64,000 nucleotides of DNA from Sphagnum compactum (taxonomy: Eukaryota): positions 8,546,213 to 8,610,212 of the forward strand of contig OZ234493.1 of assembly GCA_965153455.1 (NCBI GenBank), written 5' to 3'. The notes below the pieces were generated by a model, which made no database searches, had not been told where the DNA came from, and saw only the letters and a program-made list of their open reading frames with translations. The position numbers were made by a program, and so were the translations under genes. Shown piece by piece: positions 1 through 12,755 of the stretch; the stretch's first letter is position 1, and each line of letters begins with the position of its first letter.

Positions 1-463
1 AGAAGGCCCAAGCATTGTCCAAACCCTTCAGCATGACAGGCTTGTTAATCACCCAGGATTACACTGTCAACTGAGTGAAAAGTGAGTTTGACAGGGTTGA
101 TATATGGATGCATACAACAAACGAACAACAACAGTCAGGCAGGACTGGCTCATTTATCCCTCAAGAAACACAGCAAACCAGGTTTTCATAGCAAGAATCT
201 CAAGGGCAGGGCCATGTTGCAAGGGCGCAATCTCTGTAGTCGTGCCGAGCCTGATGCACACTCTTCAGCTACACATCCAGAGTTCCTGGAATAGTCCAAT
301 CATATGTTCATGATTAGCATGCCTTATGTACGGCTTAGTTGTTTAGCTGCTATGTCAAACTTCCACCATCTACTGATGCCCTCTTCCTGCCGATCTTCAC
401 ATATTGAGGGGTTGAGACCAAGATAAGACAATGCAATGCAACCTTTGTAGGTAACCCCCTTAC

Positions 464-3400
464 TTGTCCACAAATATGTGTTTCACCACACCAAACTTTG
501 AGCATTCCTCGTGTACATCTTCCTTGATGTCTAGATCAAAGTCAGGTTCCGTCTGCACAATAAAAACCCACAGCATTACGTCTTGCCTGCAGTGGTCACA
601 TGCAAACTACAGATGATACAATCATCACTGAAATCAACCTCTGCAGGCACTATTTCATAGAGTTCTTCTTGCAATGAGAAGTAATGACACCCTGGAAAAA
701 ATCAGGTGATGTCTGCATCTGCAAGATTCTTGAACGTTCTGCATTGATGTGACTGGAGTGAACAGAATATAACTCAACAGACTCTTCTACATGAACCATC
801 AAAAACACACCTCAGTGCTAGGATCAAACATGTTCTTGAGCAGAAGAAATTCACTGGCAGGCCCAATTGGTTCCACAGCAGCAGGAATGGCAGGGCCACC
901 AAGACTGGGGTTGAGCGCTGGACTTAAACTGAGAGAAGCCAAAGCTAAGGGATTCTGGCCAAGTAAAGGTGCTGCCACTAGTGGAGCCACTGCAGCAGGA
1001 ACCGCCATGCTCAGCAGGTTGGTTGCTGGAGCTGTTATTGCAGGCACACTTGCTACAGCACCACTGCAAACACAAGCAAAAACTTCTGTGGTGAAAGAAA
1101 CTGGAATAGAGCAACTTGTTCATCAAACAAACTCATGTTAAAGAATTTAAACCCTACGCCCATTTAACATCCAAAACCACACAAAGAGTATTACTAACAA
1201 CTAAAGATCCCATGTGCAAACAGGCTATTTAAGGCTGCACTGAAACCCAACGGCCTTGCTGGTCACAAATCCAATGTACAACCAAAGACTGTGGAATATT
1301 CCAAATCTCCCGAACTAGTCATTAGAACCAAAGTGCATGACGCTGGTCAAGATTACCTGGTTGTGCTTCCACTTCGATCAAGCTTTTGCATGAGTAATGC
1401 CCTTGAGCGTGCATTGAGGGACTGCAAAAACAACAACAATACCACAATTACATTTTTGTAGAAATGAATCAAGTTGCTTCCGAAACCAGTAGAAACCCTA
1501 GAGGCTTGAAGCAGGAAATGACAAATGAAGTTTGTTCTCATACAAGGCCCCCTCCTTCGTCGTCATCAAGCTCGCCAGGATTGACTCCAATGTCTTCCAT
1601 TCCAAGTTGGTCAGAAACAGCTGAAACCTGCACAAATCAAGGACAATAATCTGTCCATAAGAACACTAGACTGTCACTAATTCTCAGATTCTCAAACCTT
1701 GAGACCAAGACAGGGCACCCAATCCAAGTTTAGCTTGGTCATACATATGTCTGAAATTGCAGAGGAAACTCCAGAGAGGAAACTGCACAGAGGAAGGTAG
1801 CATGCCAAGAATGAGTGTGGTCTTAGGCTTATGAGTGTCACTCACAAATCATCTGACCACCACCTTTATCATGAATAGAATTGAGGAGCTGCCATGACTC
1901 CCAACTGACTTCATCAGCCCTCAAGTTGGGTAAATAGGTATACAATAATCTACCCAAACTTTCAGGTAACTCACTATACAAGCATTTGTGTTCTGATTTT
2001 CTGTTGCATTTCCGGAAGCCATAGGAACATTCAGTTGCAATGTCAGCCAGCACTCGAGAGACATAGCCAATCGGGTCAATAATATCCTCATTAAAGCTGC
2101 AACAAGGGTAATCTTCATATCATTTTACCTTGGCAAGACACAACAATCAAACCTGGTTCTTACATTGCTCCAGCTGACTGATAGTCTTTGCTGAGAACTA
2201 TACAGAAATAATTGCAAGATCTCCCAAAGCAACATTTATATTCATGAGCAGCTCCAAAGTACAAGTCAGAATATATACCCTCGAAGTAGCAGGGACTTCC
2301 TCAAACTTACAACTTAAGTAAACCTGAACAGAATAATGCTGAATATTCTCAAGGAGGACCTTTGACTTTGATGTCAAGGATAGTGGATTAACTTCCAAGC
2401 CCATAGTCAGAACATAGACTTCCCTGACTAACTGGCATCCAAATCTACACACAAATGTTGCTATTACCAAACCTATAGATGGAGTGAAACAGAGGTGAAT
2501 TGAATCATATGAAACCTTGATAGGTCGTCCTGCAAGCTCCAACTGGCCATTGAGGTTCTGCTGTGCTGCACGGGCATCTTCAAGGCGGGCATACTACAGA
2601 CAAAACATGTGCACATAATGTTACACACAATATGAACAACACTCTCTTACTCTGATAAGCACCCAGAGAATGACTTGGTGAAAATGATCAGCCTGATGTG
2701 CTACACAGGAGATAATAATCCCAATAAACACTGCAACAGATAAAAAAGATAGCTACATACAGAATCAGCTGAGGCACTTCAAGTGTTGAAGCAATGCTTC
2801 AGTGAAGCACTGAAAACAAACATGCACCTCACCTGGACAAACCCAAATCCTTTGCATTGCCCAGTTTCAGGATCAGCTGGAAGTTGCACCAGCTCCACAG
2901 GCCCAAATGGCTCAAACACCTGCCATCCACCATTAGTGACTTAGCATGACTGTAATTGAACGTATACAGACCATAAACCTCTGAATACTTTGGTTCAATA
3001 TCTTCTTCATATGTATACTTGTGACTTATTTCAACCTGATAAGAACTGAGAGATGACCTGACAATAAGGCTATGAATATCTGGTTCAGTTGTATGAAGAA
3101 GAAAAGTTATGCACATTTCCTCCTCTATTGAGATTTCTGAAATCTCACCACACAATTGCTAGCCTATGTGCTTTAGCAATGTCTAGTGATGTCTAACCTT
3201 AATATCAAGCCAATTAGGACCCATGGCCACCTTGCAAGTGGTTGCACATGCAAGTTGGGAACATAACAATCAGCCCAAAATCTGGGCAAACCATTATACA
3301 GAATCTGCATCCTGAGCTTGTATCACATTTCCAGAAGCAACAAGAACACCCAGTCATGATATTGGCTGGCCCTCAACGGACATAGCTAACAAAAAAAGTC

Positions 3401-6400
3401 AATAGTATCATCATCCATGACACAAAGCTATGAAAGGATGATTTCTTGTTGTCTCAAGCTCATAAATATCACCTGGCGGAGCTGATCCTCTGTCATGTTT
3501 AAGTGAAGGTTCCCAACATATAAGCGTCGAGCTCCTCCTGAATATGGACCAATGTAGCCACCAGGACCTCCAGGAACTACAGTGGTTGATTGTACTAAGT
3601 TCTTCTCTGCTTCGGAAGGCTTCACCATTACAGGCTGACCAAGAAGTAACTGCCCTGACAATGCAATAGCCATGGGCACTGACATGGCATCATAGAACTC
3701 AATGTACCTGCATGCATAAGAGCAACTTCCACATCAGTACTAGTGCATTGCATTAAGAAACCTCACCACAACAAATGCAAGTATAAAATGCAGATTAAAG
3801 AGAAAAAACATCCAACAGTACATCTACAAATTTCAAACCATAGGACAAAGAACAGGATGCCAATGGTTCCAGCATCCATCTGACTTGCAGGAGAACTAGA
3901 TAGATACTGGTCCTCACCCAACTCCCTTAGAACGCCTGGAGTTACGATCCATGATAAGACGGACATCTCGGACCTGCAATACAGACTTCAGGGTGAATTG
4001 TAGCACAACTCCTGCTACTGGACAAGTATTGAAATCACAACAAATTGCCAAGCCTCTTTATGCATAATCTTGCACAAAGGGAACAGATGTGATTGAATTC
4101 TCTGCAGATTTGGAAGGCTTCAAATTTGATAAACCTCTTAATCACATGCTCTTAGCAAACCCAGTAGGAAACCAGGACAATTCTATTTTGAAAACATGAC
4201 CCAGTGCATCCCCAAACATCTTCCAAGTGCACAACATAGTGATTGGGCTTTATGAATTCTATTTGAACTCCACATTACTCATCATGGCTACTGGCAACAA
4301 CTGACCTTCCCAGCTCTTGAGAAGAATTCATAAACATCCCTTTCGTCCGCCTTCAGAGATATCTGCAACCACACACAACACACAAGCCGGAAACCATAAA
4401 ATACTCACTGGTATCTCCTGTCGCATATTCCACAGAAAGCAGCACAGGAAAACTGTCCCTCAACAGGATGCCTGCCTGGGCCACCCAACTGTTGCAATGT
4501 CAACTCCCTCAGGCAGAGTGACAGCACGAGGTGGAAGCTTACACTGCCTGAGGCACAAGTAACTTTTCTGACCATTCAAATCAACCTGCATGGCGATATC
4601 ACCCAACCCCATACTGTTGTGTACCTATAAGACAAATCTTCTGACGATTGGGACACTTAAAAGTTGAACTCAACAGGAACAATGTTTCCCAAAAACACAT
4701 GAATCAGAGCCTGCATGTAAACTTTGGGAGTAGAAACCACTGCCATCAGATGATGTTAAGGGCTTTCTTGCAAGACCCTCTCATCCCCAGACCATACCCT
4801 TACATTGGCAAATAGATGATAACCACACAAGGGAACCATAACACAAACCAAGGTTCACATAGTTTGGTAAAATTAACAAACCAAGTGTGTAGAGTCTCTT
4901 TGCTTAGGTAAAAAGGGAAGCAAAAGTCTGAAGCCTGAAAAAGGGCACTCCTGTGCAAGGAGGTCCACATTAAAGTGGCAGGGAATTTAAACCTGGACAA
5001 TGTAAAAACACCACACATATTTGGCAATGACTGGTCTTTTCAATGAACTGCTTACAAGAAACTGATGAGGATATTCCCTGAAAAAACTTGTGCATGATTC
5101 TCCAAAAAAAAAGTATGTAACATCCAACAATCATATAGCAGCCACAACCCACCCCTCAATTTGAGAGGCCAGTTTGATGAACTTTGATTCGAGCAAGAAG
5201 CACACCCTTTTGACAACATGAATCTTGCTTTATCACATCCACACAATTCTATGACTCACAACAAGGGTATGCTGCCAGAAAGATGACTTCAACAAAAATC
5301 TGGGTCTCCAAGGTTACTAAAAGGATCAAGTCCACACTTCTATTACACAACTCAAACAACAACAGTTTGCAACACTCTATACTGTTGCAATGCTGTAAGA
5401 GTGACTGCTAAAAAGCTTTAAGTCAGCATATTAGTGATTTAAAGACAAAGGTTCTCATCAACAAAAATGCCATTACTCTTCAGTACTTAAGTTAGAATCT
5501 TCAACTTCCTGCTGGGCAATCTGGTTGAGGAATTGAAAACTTCATCCACAAACCTGAAGTACCATCAATTGTAAAGCCATACAAATCCATGGCATCTTTA
5601 GAGGAAGAGTATCCTAAAGCTGTAACATATGAATTCTATAGAGATACATAAGCTTTTGTAAGAATATTCTTCAGAGTTTTATCTCCTCTCAGCTTCACAG
5701 CATGTCAGAATTCACATATCAAACAAAACTGAGAGCCCTCACACTGTTCACAATTATTACAGACAAAATTCATTGGAGGTCCAAACAACCACATACCACA
5801 TGTGACCAGTCAATGCTCGAAAACCATATGAACATAGGGTAAATCCCAAAGCAGAAAAAGGACAAATCCCAAAAAAAGGAAGCAGACCCTCAAGACAGAA
5901 AAACTGTTCTTAGCTGGAAATTGAAACCAGTGAGAGATCCTTCAGGGGATCCAGTGTTCAAAAAAGTTTCAGTGACGAGAGCGTGTAGGAAGGGGTACCT
6001 GGTAGGCAAAAACAGTGCGCTGATCTCGCTCAGGGTCAGCCTCAGGTTCAGCTGCAACAACCTCTTCCCTCCTATCTTTCAACTCCCGCGACCGGCTGGT
6101 GGAGAGCACAGAGTCTTTTCAGTTTAAAGCTTGTTTGATGATTTGCACATCTATTGAAGAGGACCCATCACTCTACAAACAAATGGATGCAGACTTACCA
6201 AGAAAGACCCATCTCTAGGAAGTATCACAAACTGCAAAAGGAGGAACAGGAACAAAAGACGTGTGACAAAGACTTTGGAACAATGCAAAGAGAAGAACAG
6301 ACAGAGGAAGAAAAGTTACCGCCGCTCTCTCTCTCTCTCCCTGTGGCTTTCTCTCTCGGTCTCCTTCTCTTTCTCCCGTTCTCGCTCTTTCTCTTTGTCC

Positions 6401-6996
6401 CTATGGCGTTCACCTTCTCTGCTTTTCTCCCTGGACCTCTCCGCGTCTCTATCTCTTTCTTTCTCTCCGTCCTTTTCGCGGCCTCGGTCGCCGTCAGAAG
6501 CCTTACTGCTGTGCTGTCTATCTTTGTGTCTGGAGGAGTCCTTGTCGCTTCTCTTTCCATCACGATCTCTTTCCCCTCGGTCCCTCTCCCCTCCTCCTCT
6601 CTCACTCCTGTCACGTCTCTCTGACCTCTCTCGATCTCCCCGACTATATCTTTCTTTTTCCTTGTCGCCTGCCCGATCTCTGGACCTGGAAGGAGAACGG
6701 TGGGCTGAGTCTCGTCGGCTTCGATCTCTGTCGCCCCTGTCTCTGTCCCCCCTGCTGTCTCTTTCTCTCTCTCCTCGCTCCCCTCCTCTCTCATTCTCTT
6801 CTCCCTCCCCTCCACGTGTCCTCTTACTTCGATGCTCGTGTCCATTACCGTCCTCATCGCTTCTCCTCTTGGAGCTTCTGCTCCGGTCTCTTCCATCCCT
6901 ATCATCACCCCTCGCGGCGCCATTCCCATTCACTTCCTTGAGGCCATCAGGATTCTCCACGGTCTTCTCAAGGTAGTCATACTCATCGAAATCCAT
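464..6996 (-). CDS. RBM39: RBM39/CAPER (CC1-like) splicing factor: RS/RD-rich N-terminus, RRM1, RRM2 and a UHM-type RRM3. Partial at the 3' end.
   Basis: Phase-consistent GT-AG exons: 6996-6320, 6095-5999, 4362-4306, 3973-3918, 3707-3473, 2919-2833, 2593-2516, 1627-1544, 1421-1357, 1063-811, 552-464. Translation gives MDFDEYDYLEKTVE, EADPERDQRTVFAYQ/ISLKADERDVYEFFSRAGK/VRDVRLIMDRNSRRSKGVG/YIEFYD, RRLYVGNLH, CKGFGFVQ, and LLLKNMFDPSTE/TEPDFDLDIKEDVHEECSKFG. The canonical last exon(s) are not seen and probably lie left of position 1. Confidence 0.95.
1745..2135 (-). repeat. Ancient intronic dispersed repeat, copy A (RBM39 intron 7)
   Basis: The reverse complement aligns by eye with 25275-25695, e.g. 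gcagctttaatgagga...ttccggaaatg...gctgatgaagtcag...aaggtggtggtc...tttgtgagtgacactcat...cacactcattctt. Confidence 0.75.
3250..3392 (-). repeat. Ancient intronic dispersed repeat, partial copy E (RBM39 intron 5)
   Basis: ccattatacagaatctgcatcctgagcttgtatcacatttccagaagc...gacatagctaac aligns with 1970-2070 and with 54432-54480. Confidence 0.65.
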
Positions 6997-7709
6997 CAGA
7001 TCTTCCTCCTTCGTCGAAACAAAAATCAGAATGAAAACGACACACTGCCACTCACCTACCGGCAACCAAAAACCAAAAAACAAAAATAAAGAACTAGCAA
7101 TTACTCAAAACAAGCAGAAACACAAGAAAAAAAGGCCTTCAAAAGCAGATGAGCCCTTGCCGGTGGCTATACCCTTAGGTTTCCGCAAGCATGGAAGACG
7201 GTTCGAGAAATAAAAACCAAGCCGGGGTGGAAGTGGCGGAAAAACACAAAAAAACCTTAAAACAACAAGAAAGAACAAAACAACGACCAAAAGGGAGGAA
7301 AACAAAAATATTAAAAGAAAAAAAGCATCCAGAGAGAAGAAAAGTGCCGACACCAGCAACAACAACAACAACAGGGCAATGGACGGCACCGCAAAGAGCA
7401 GGCGTTGAAACCCGTGTTAACAGAAGACAAAAGTACAACAGCAAGTGCAATACTGCAAATAAAACGAGTGAGTAGAGAGGCTCCGATGAACCTGGATCAA
7501 CAAAAACCACCACAGACTCGCGACCCCGGTGCGCAGCGGCAGTAGCAGAAGAGGAACAGGAAAGGCAAAGCTTCGGAAGGAAAGCGCGAGGAGAGCGTGC
7601 GTGCCTGCGAGACGCAGGGAAGGAGGGAACGGAAGAGGAAAAGAGCTAGGGCTTGATGGGTCATCCGGCTTTGTAGCGGCGGGGCGGTTTTTTCTTTTAC
7701 TTAGACAAT

Positions 7710-8670
7710 AAAGAAATGCCATTGTTGAAAATTCCCACATTTTTTAATAATTAATGCAAAATGACCAAGGGCGGGCAGGCGAGCGGGCGGGCAGGAGGGC
7801 GGGCTTCCTTCCCTAATTCATTCATTAGGTAGTGTAATTAATAGCCCACTGTTTCAGGTTTTAAGCACTAGCCTAATTGCTAAAATAATTACATATTTTA
7901 ACAAAAACCTAGTGTAATTAAGTAGCCCACTATTTCAGCTTTTAAGCACTAGCCTAATTGCGGAAATAATTAAATATTTTAACAAAAACCAACTTTTGCC
8001 ACCATTTTTTTGTAAATGTTAATTTTACAAAATGAAAAAATATATAAAGAAATTCCAATGTTGAAAATTCCCACGTACTTAATGCAACACGTCTAAAGGC
8101 TTCTTTGCTAATTCTTGCATTAAATAGTGTAATTAAGTTGCCCACTATTTCTGTCTTTAGGCACTAACTGCTGGAATAATTATTTATTTAAACAAAAACC
8201 AAGTTTGCCACAACTTTTTAAGAACAAAATTTTCTGTAAATGTTATTTATAACATGAAAATAATATTAACAAATTCCCTTATTGAAAATTCTCACATATT
8301 TAATGGAAAATGAATAAGGGCTTTTTTCACTAAATCATGTATTAGGTAATATACTTAAATAACCCATTATTTCTTTTTTTAAGCACTAAATGCTGAAATA
8401 ATAATATATTTAAAGAAAAACCAAGTTTGCCACTATTTTTATTTTTGTAAATGTTATTTTACAACATGAAAAAATAGTAAGAAATTCCCTATTTGAAAAT
8501 TCCCATACATATTTAATGCAAAATGACTCTTGACTAATTCATACATTGGATATTCTAATTAAGTAGCCCACTATTTTTATTATAACCACTAATTGTTAAA
8601 ATGATTGATTATTTTAACAAAAACCAAGTTTTTCACTTATTTCTTTTATAAATATTATTTTACAACATGA
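7710..8670. repeat. Diverged tandem repeat, unit about 210-220 bp, about 4 copies, directly upstream of RBM39
   Basis: The unit start aaatt(c/g)c..t(g/a)ttgaaaattc(c/t)ca recurs at about 7714, 8050, 8271 and 8481. There is an extra internal duplication of about 80 bp (7830-7910 vs 7911-7990). Each unit carries (a/t)gcccact or aacccatt. Confidence 0.85.
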
Positions 8671-10579
8671 ACTAAGATATTTTATGTTTCAATAACTTGA
8701 ATGAAAAGGTTTTTTTTTTAAATGTATAAAAAAGTTTCAGATTTGTTTTTGAAGGATTTTAACATTTGTTTTTTTTAACACCCTAGTTTGGCTTGCATTC
8801 TTCAGGTTGAAAATTTGACAAGAGTTAAATCACAAGAAACCTTATTCTAGTCTCTCCTTTTGCTTGTGGGAGAAACACCAAATGTTTATTTATCTTGGCT
8901 TGTTGTGTGGTTTCATTTCGAAAAACGTTTAACAAGAAAAAAAGAAAAATAAGAAGTAGAAGTCTAGTTGTTTTCACAATGTTGTTAATATAGCGAAAGA
9001 AGCATGAAGTACATAGTTTGAAATTCATGATCATTGTTCATTATAATCTTATTTCTTTGCATCAACAAATTATTTTTGTGTTTTCATATGTGTGTGTGTT
9101 TTTTAATTGTTTTTGTTTGCGTTGTGAGGAGAGGCACATCTAAGTGTTTGTCTATGAATCCAAGTTGGATTGTTTTATGTGTTTTGATGAAACACGCAAG
9201 AACAAGAGTTTGACAAAGGTTACATTATGAATGTCTATGAAAAGTTTCGTGAGATTTTGAGGTGAGAAAGAACACGAGGAAAGGAAGGAAACAAAAAGAA
9301 AGAGTGGAAAGAATAACAAGGCCATGCGATGGGTTAAAAAAAAGAGGCTCAAAGGAAGACAACAACAAGAATGGGATTTGCTTACATGAAATGCAAAGAT
9401 AGAAGAGGGAAAAAAAAAAATGGAAGGAAAAGAAAAAAGATTAGCAAAGTGAATAAAAGGTCAAGGAAACAAGATAGATTCGTGAAATACGAGCATGAGG
9501 AGAACATAACAAGTGGCTTGAATGATGAGATTCTATTAAATGTGTTTAGGGTATTGCATTTGTTGTCCTCTCATTAGAAAAAAAATGTCATTCGTAATCA
9601 ATTTATGTAATTAAAAAATGTCAATTGCATTTGGAAAATGTCGTTTTCAACTATTTTTCAAGTGCAAACAATAGTTTTTACTTGCCTAAATTAATTGCAA
9701 ATGACCAAAAAAAAATTAATGTCCTTTTCCTCCAACTATTCGTTCAAATGTGCAAGAGTTTAATGTCATTGCACAGTTTGTTACAATTGTCCATCAAAAT
9801 AAATGACCAGATTGGACATAGGATGCATGAATATGCATTTCCCAAATCTCACAAATGTAAACCTCACATGAGTTTTTATCATGTTTCTTGCAATTAATAA
9901 CAAAGGTTCTTTTTTTTTTTACATACCAAACCTTCAATGTACAATTCATGTATATTTGTTTTATGTTCTTCCATATCTATTATGATTAAATTTTTTTGGT
10001 CTATTAACCTTGTAATGGATCCTTTTATTTAATTGTGTTTTTAAAAAACTTTAAGGTGTGATGATGTTGGGAACTTCGGGTTTCACAACTTTAATATAAT
10101 TGATCCAACTGTTATTAAATGTTGTATTGAACTAATGTTGACAATACAAGTCTTCTTGATGGCATATGTTGTTACGTCAATTAACATCAACCTAAACTAC
10201 ATATGATACAATTCTTTCTAACCCCACTTGAAAATTTATCAAATTATGGGGTGTGGGGTTGCAAAGATATTCCATTATCCTTAATATCAAGGTCTTACCA
10301 GAGGGTCATCCATCCATTTTCGCAAAAATCATTTATGAGTTGAATTTGTGATTCAGAGCAAGATGAATATTTCTTTTTTTACATACATTTTGGTTTGAAA
10401 TTGCTAAGATAGGGGGTAATCTTGATATGGTTGTTGGGTGCCACATATATCCCTTGTTTTTTTATATTGGTTATGTAATACCTAGGTGATAGTGGTCTTT
10501 ATTTTATTACCAAATAATGAAAGGGCAAGAAGATATGATGTATTCATTTTTGCCTATCTTAAAAAATGGACATGGATTT

Positions 10580-11413
10580 TGTCGCAACCCCACCCCACTT
10601 TGAGGCAAAGTGGGAAGATGAAACTCACACTCCCGAAAGTGAGAACTTGGAGTCCTCCGAGACTCCCAAAAACTCAGAGCTTGATTATAGGGGTCAAAAT
10701 ACCTTGCATTGATGTGTTCTTTATATCGTTGGAAAGGTCTTGAAGTGTAGATGTCGAAAATGGCCTTGTATGAGCCATTCAAACATCTATAGCACAAGTT
10801 ATAGTCGAAAGAAGGGTTGAGAGTCAAACTGACAGTTTGACTCCCGACCACTTAAAGTCGGGAATCGACCCGATCCCGGTGTGTGCAGGTGGAGTGCGAC
10901 ACACCGTTGGAAAGCTCTTGAGGAGAACTACAAGTTTGCTTTGGAGCTCATCCCAATCAGAGGTCGAAACTGGGAGTTATGAGCTTCCAAAGTCCCAGGA
11001 GTCGAAACCGGGACAATTTCGGGACTCCTCCTTGGGAGTCCCGGGACAAAAAGCCATTCGAATGTAGGTGCTGTGGGCGAACGCAGAAAATACTATATGG
11101 GAGAAGGTGGTGGCTTCCCCCGAGTCCAGGCCGTGGTGAGTCTTGTGAGTCCAGAGTTACCCGTGGCTTGTTGTAACACCAAGGGTGCCCCAGAAAGTGA
11201 ACTAACCAACTTGTTGGTTGGTTTTTTTTTTATGTAGGTTCGAGTAAGTAAGTAAGCTTGTCACTCTTCCTAGTCCCATCCCGAAGCTTCAGCACGCTCC
11301 CTCTACCCTTTTTAGTGCTGAAGGCTGGGAGCGTGCCCCGAGTCCCTCACTTTTCCGCAACTTGAGCAAGTTAGCCCCATCTTGGGACTAACTAGGGACT
11401 TGGGAGCGCGTCA
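10580..11413 (+). mobile_element. Solo LTR of an LTR retrotransposon
   Basis: Begins TG (tgtcgcaacccc) and ends CA (gagcgcgtca). It is flanked by a perfect 5-bp TSD GATTT (10575-10579, 11414-11418), is more GC-rich than its flanks, and has no internal coding region. Orientation is not established. Confidence 0.85.
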
Positions 11414-12755
11414 GATTTTCCAAGTTTTTGTTTCTTTTTCCTTAAACATGACATGATCCAATAATAATCATAAATTAAGTAGTAACAAATTATGATGTGC
11501 GTTTTAGACTTTATATGCAACAAGATGTAGATGGTCATTGGCATGAATGGAGGTGAGCTCATCTACATTGAGATGGATGGTTTTTGCAGAACTTTTGAAA
11601 ATCAAAAGGATATATTAAGTAATGTGGGCATGATTACAAATTGCAATAATGTTTGATGGCCACTAATGATTATTGTTCTTGGTAGTGGGATTGTTTGATA
11701 TCATTAATTTACATCTTATTTTTGCTCCTTAATGATTGATTGCATGGACATTTTCAATTTACAAGTTCTTTCATCACCACTAAAGTTACGCTTGTTACTC
11801 AAGGCCTTAAAAAGTAAGGGCATTACACTTGGTAAGAATATGTGATGTTTGGTGTAGGTTGCACCCTTAGTAAGAAATGTGAAGGCAATCTTCCTTTACA
11901 TTTTTAACCAAGTAAACCCCTAAAAAAATTTGGGGTTCGTTGAAAACAAATACAACATTACAACCTTAAAAAGAGAAACCAATATCCTATTTTATCAAAA
12001 AAACCAAAAGGACTTGGCTATAAATGCAAAAAAATAAATTGTCATAAATCCAACATTACATAATATAATAGAATTGTCAATTCTTTCTTTATATGTAGGC
12101 ATGAAGATGAACCTTTACATTACTAAAAAATCGGATAGAACAATGATGCATTGAATAAGACTACACAACAATGAAACATTTATTCAATTAGCTCAAGAGT
12201 TAGCCATCATGTGACTATAGTAGTTGCCATTGCAGTGTGTGCCATTTCATTCCAAAGGATCAAAATGCAAAAAGAAAATAGGTCACATATTTTTTTTTGT
12301 GTTTTCATCTTTCTTTATATGAGATTAAGGCAATTTTATTGATTATTTACGTGATTTTTGTGACATGATCAATTTGCATGTTGTTTTTTATTGGTGATTT
12401 TTTAAGAAAATTATTATTGATGATAATGAACTCTAAACACAACTTGAACAACACGAGCTTACAATCTTGATGGAAGGAAGGAATAAAGAAGGTTTTCAAT
12501 ATGAGGTGTTGTCAATGACGTTATGACATTAACATGTGAGTGTGAATTATGAACAAATGAACATGAACAAATGAACTAAACAAAATATTCATGGGGATAT
12601 TTTTGCCCAATCATGATAATATTTTATGCCAACATGGAATATTGTTGTCATGTCAACATAATATTTTATGCCAACATGAAATATTCTTGTCATGTCAAAA
12701 CCCAAATAGAAATGGAATTCTTCATGATCATAGGCCTACAAGTATATTATGCCAC

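Noticed and set aside
6154..6976. Long overlapping ORFs (156, 234 and 237 aa) over RBM39 exon 1
   Set aside because: Shadow frames of the low-complexity RS/RD-coding exon.
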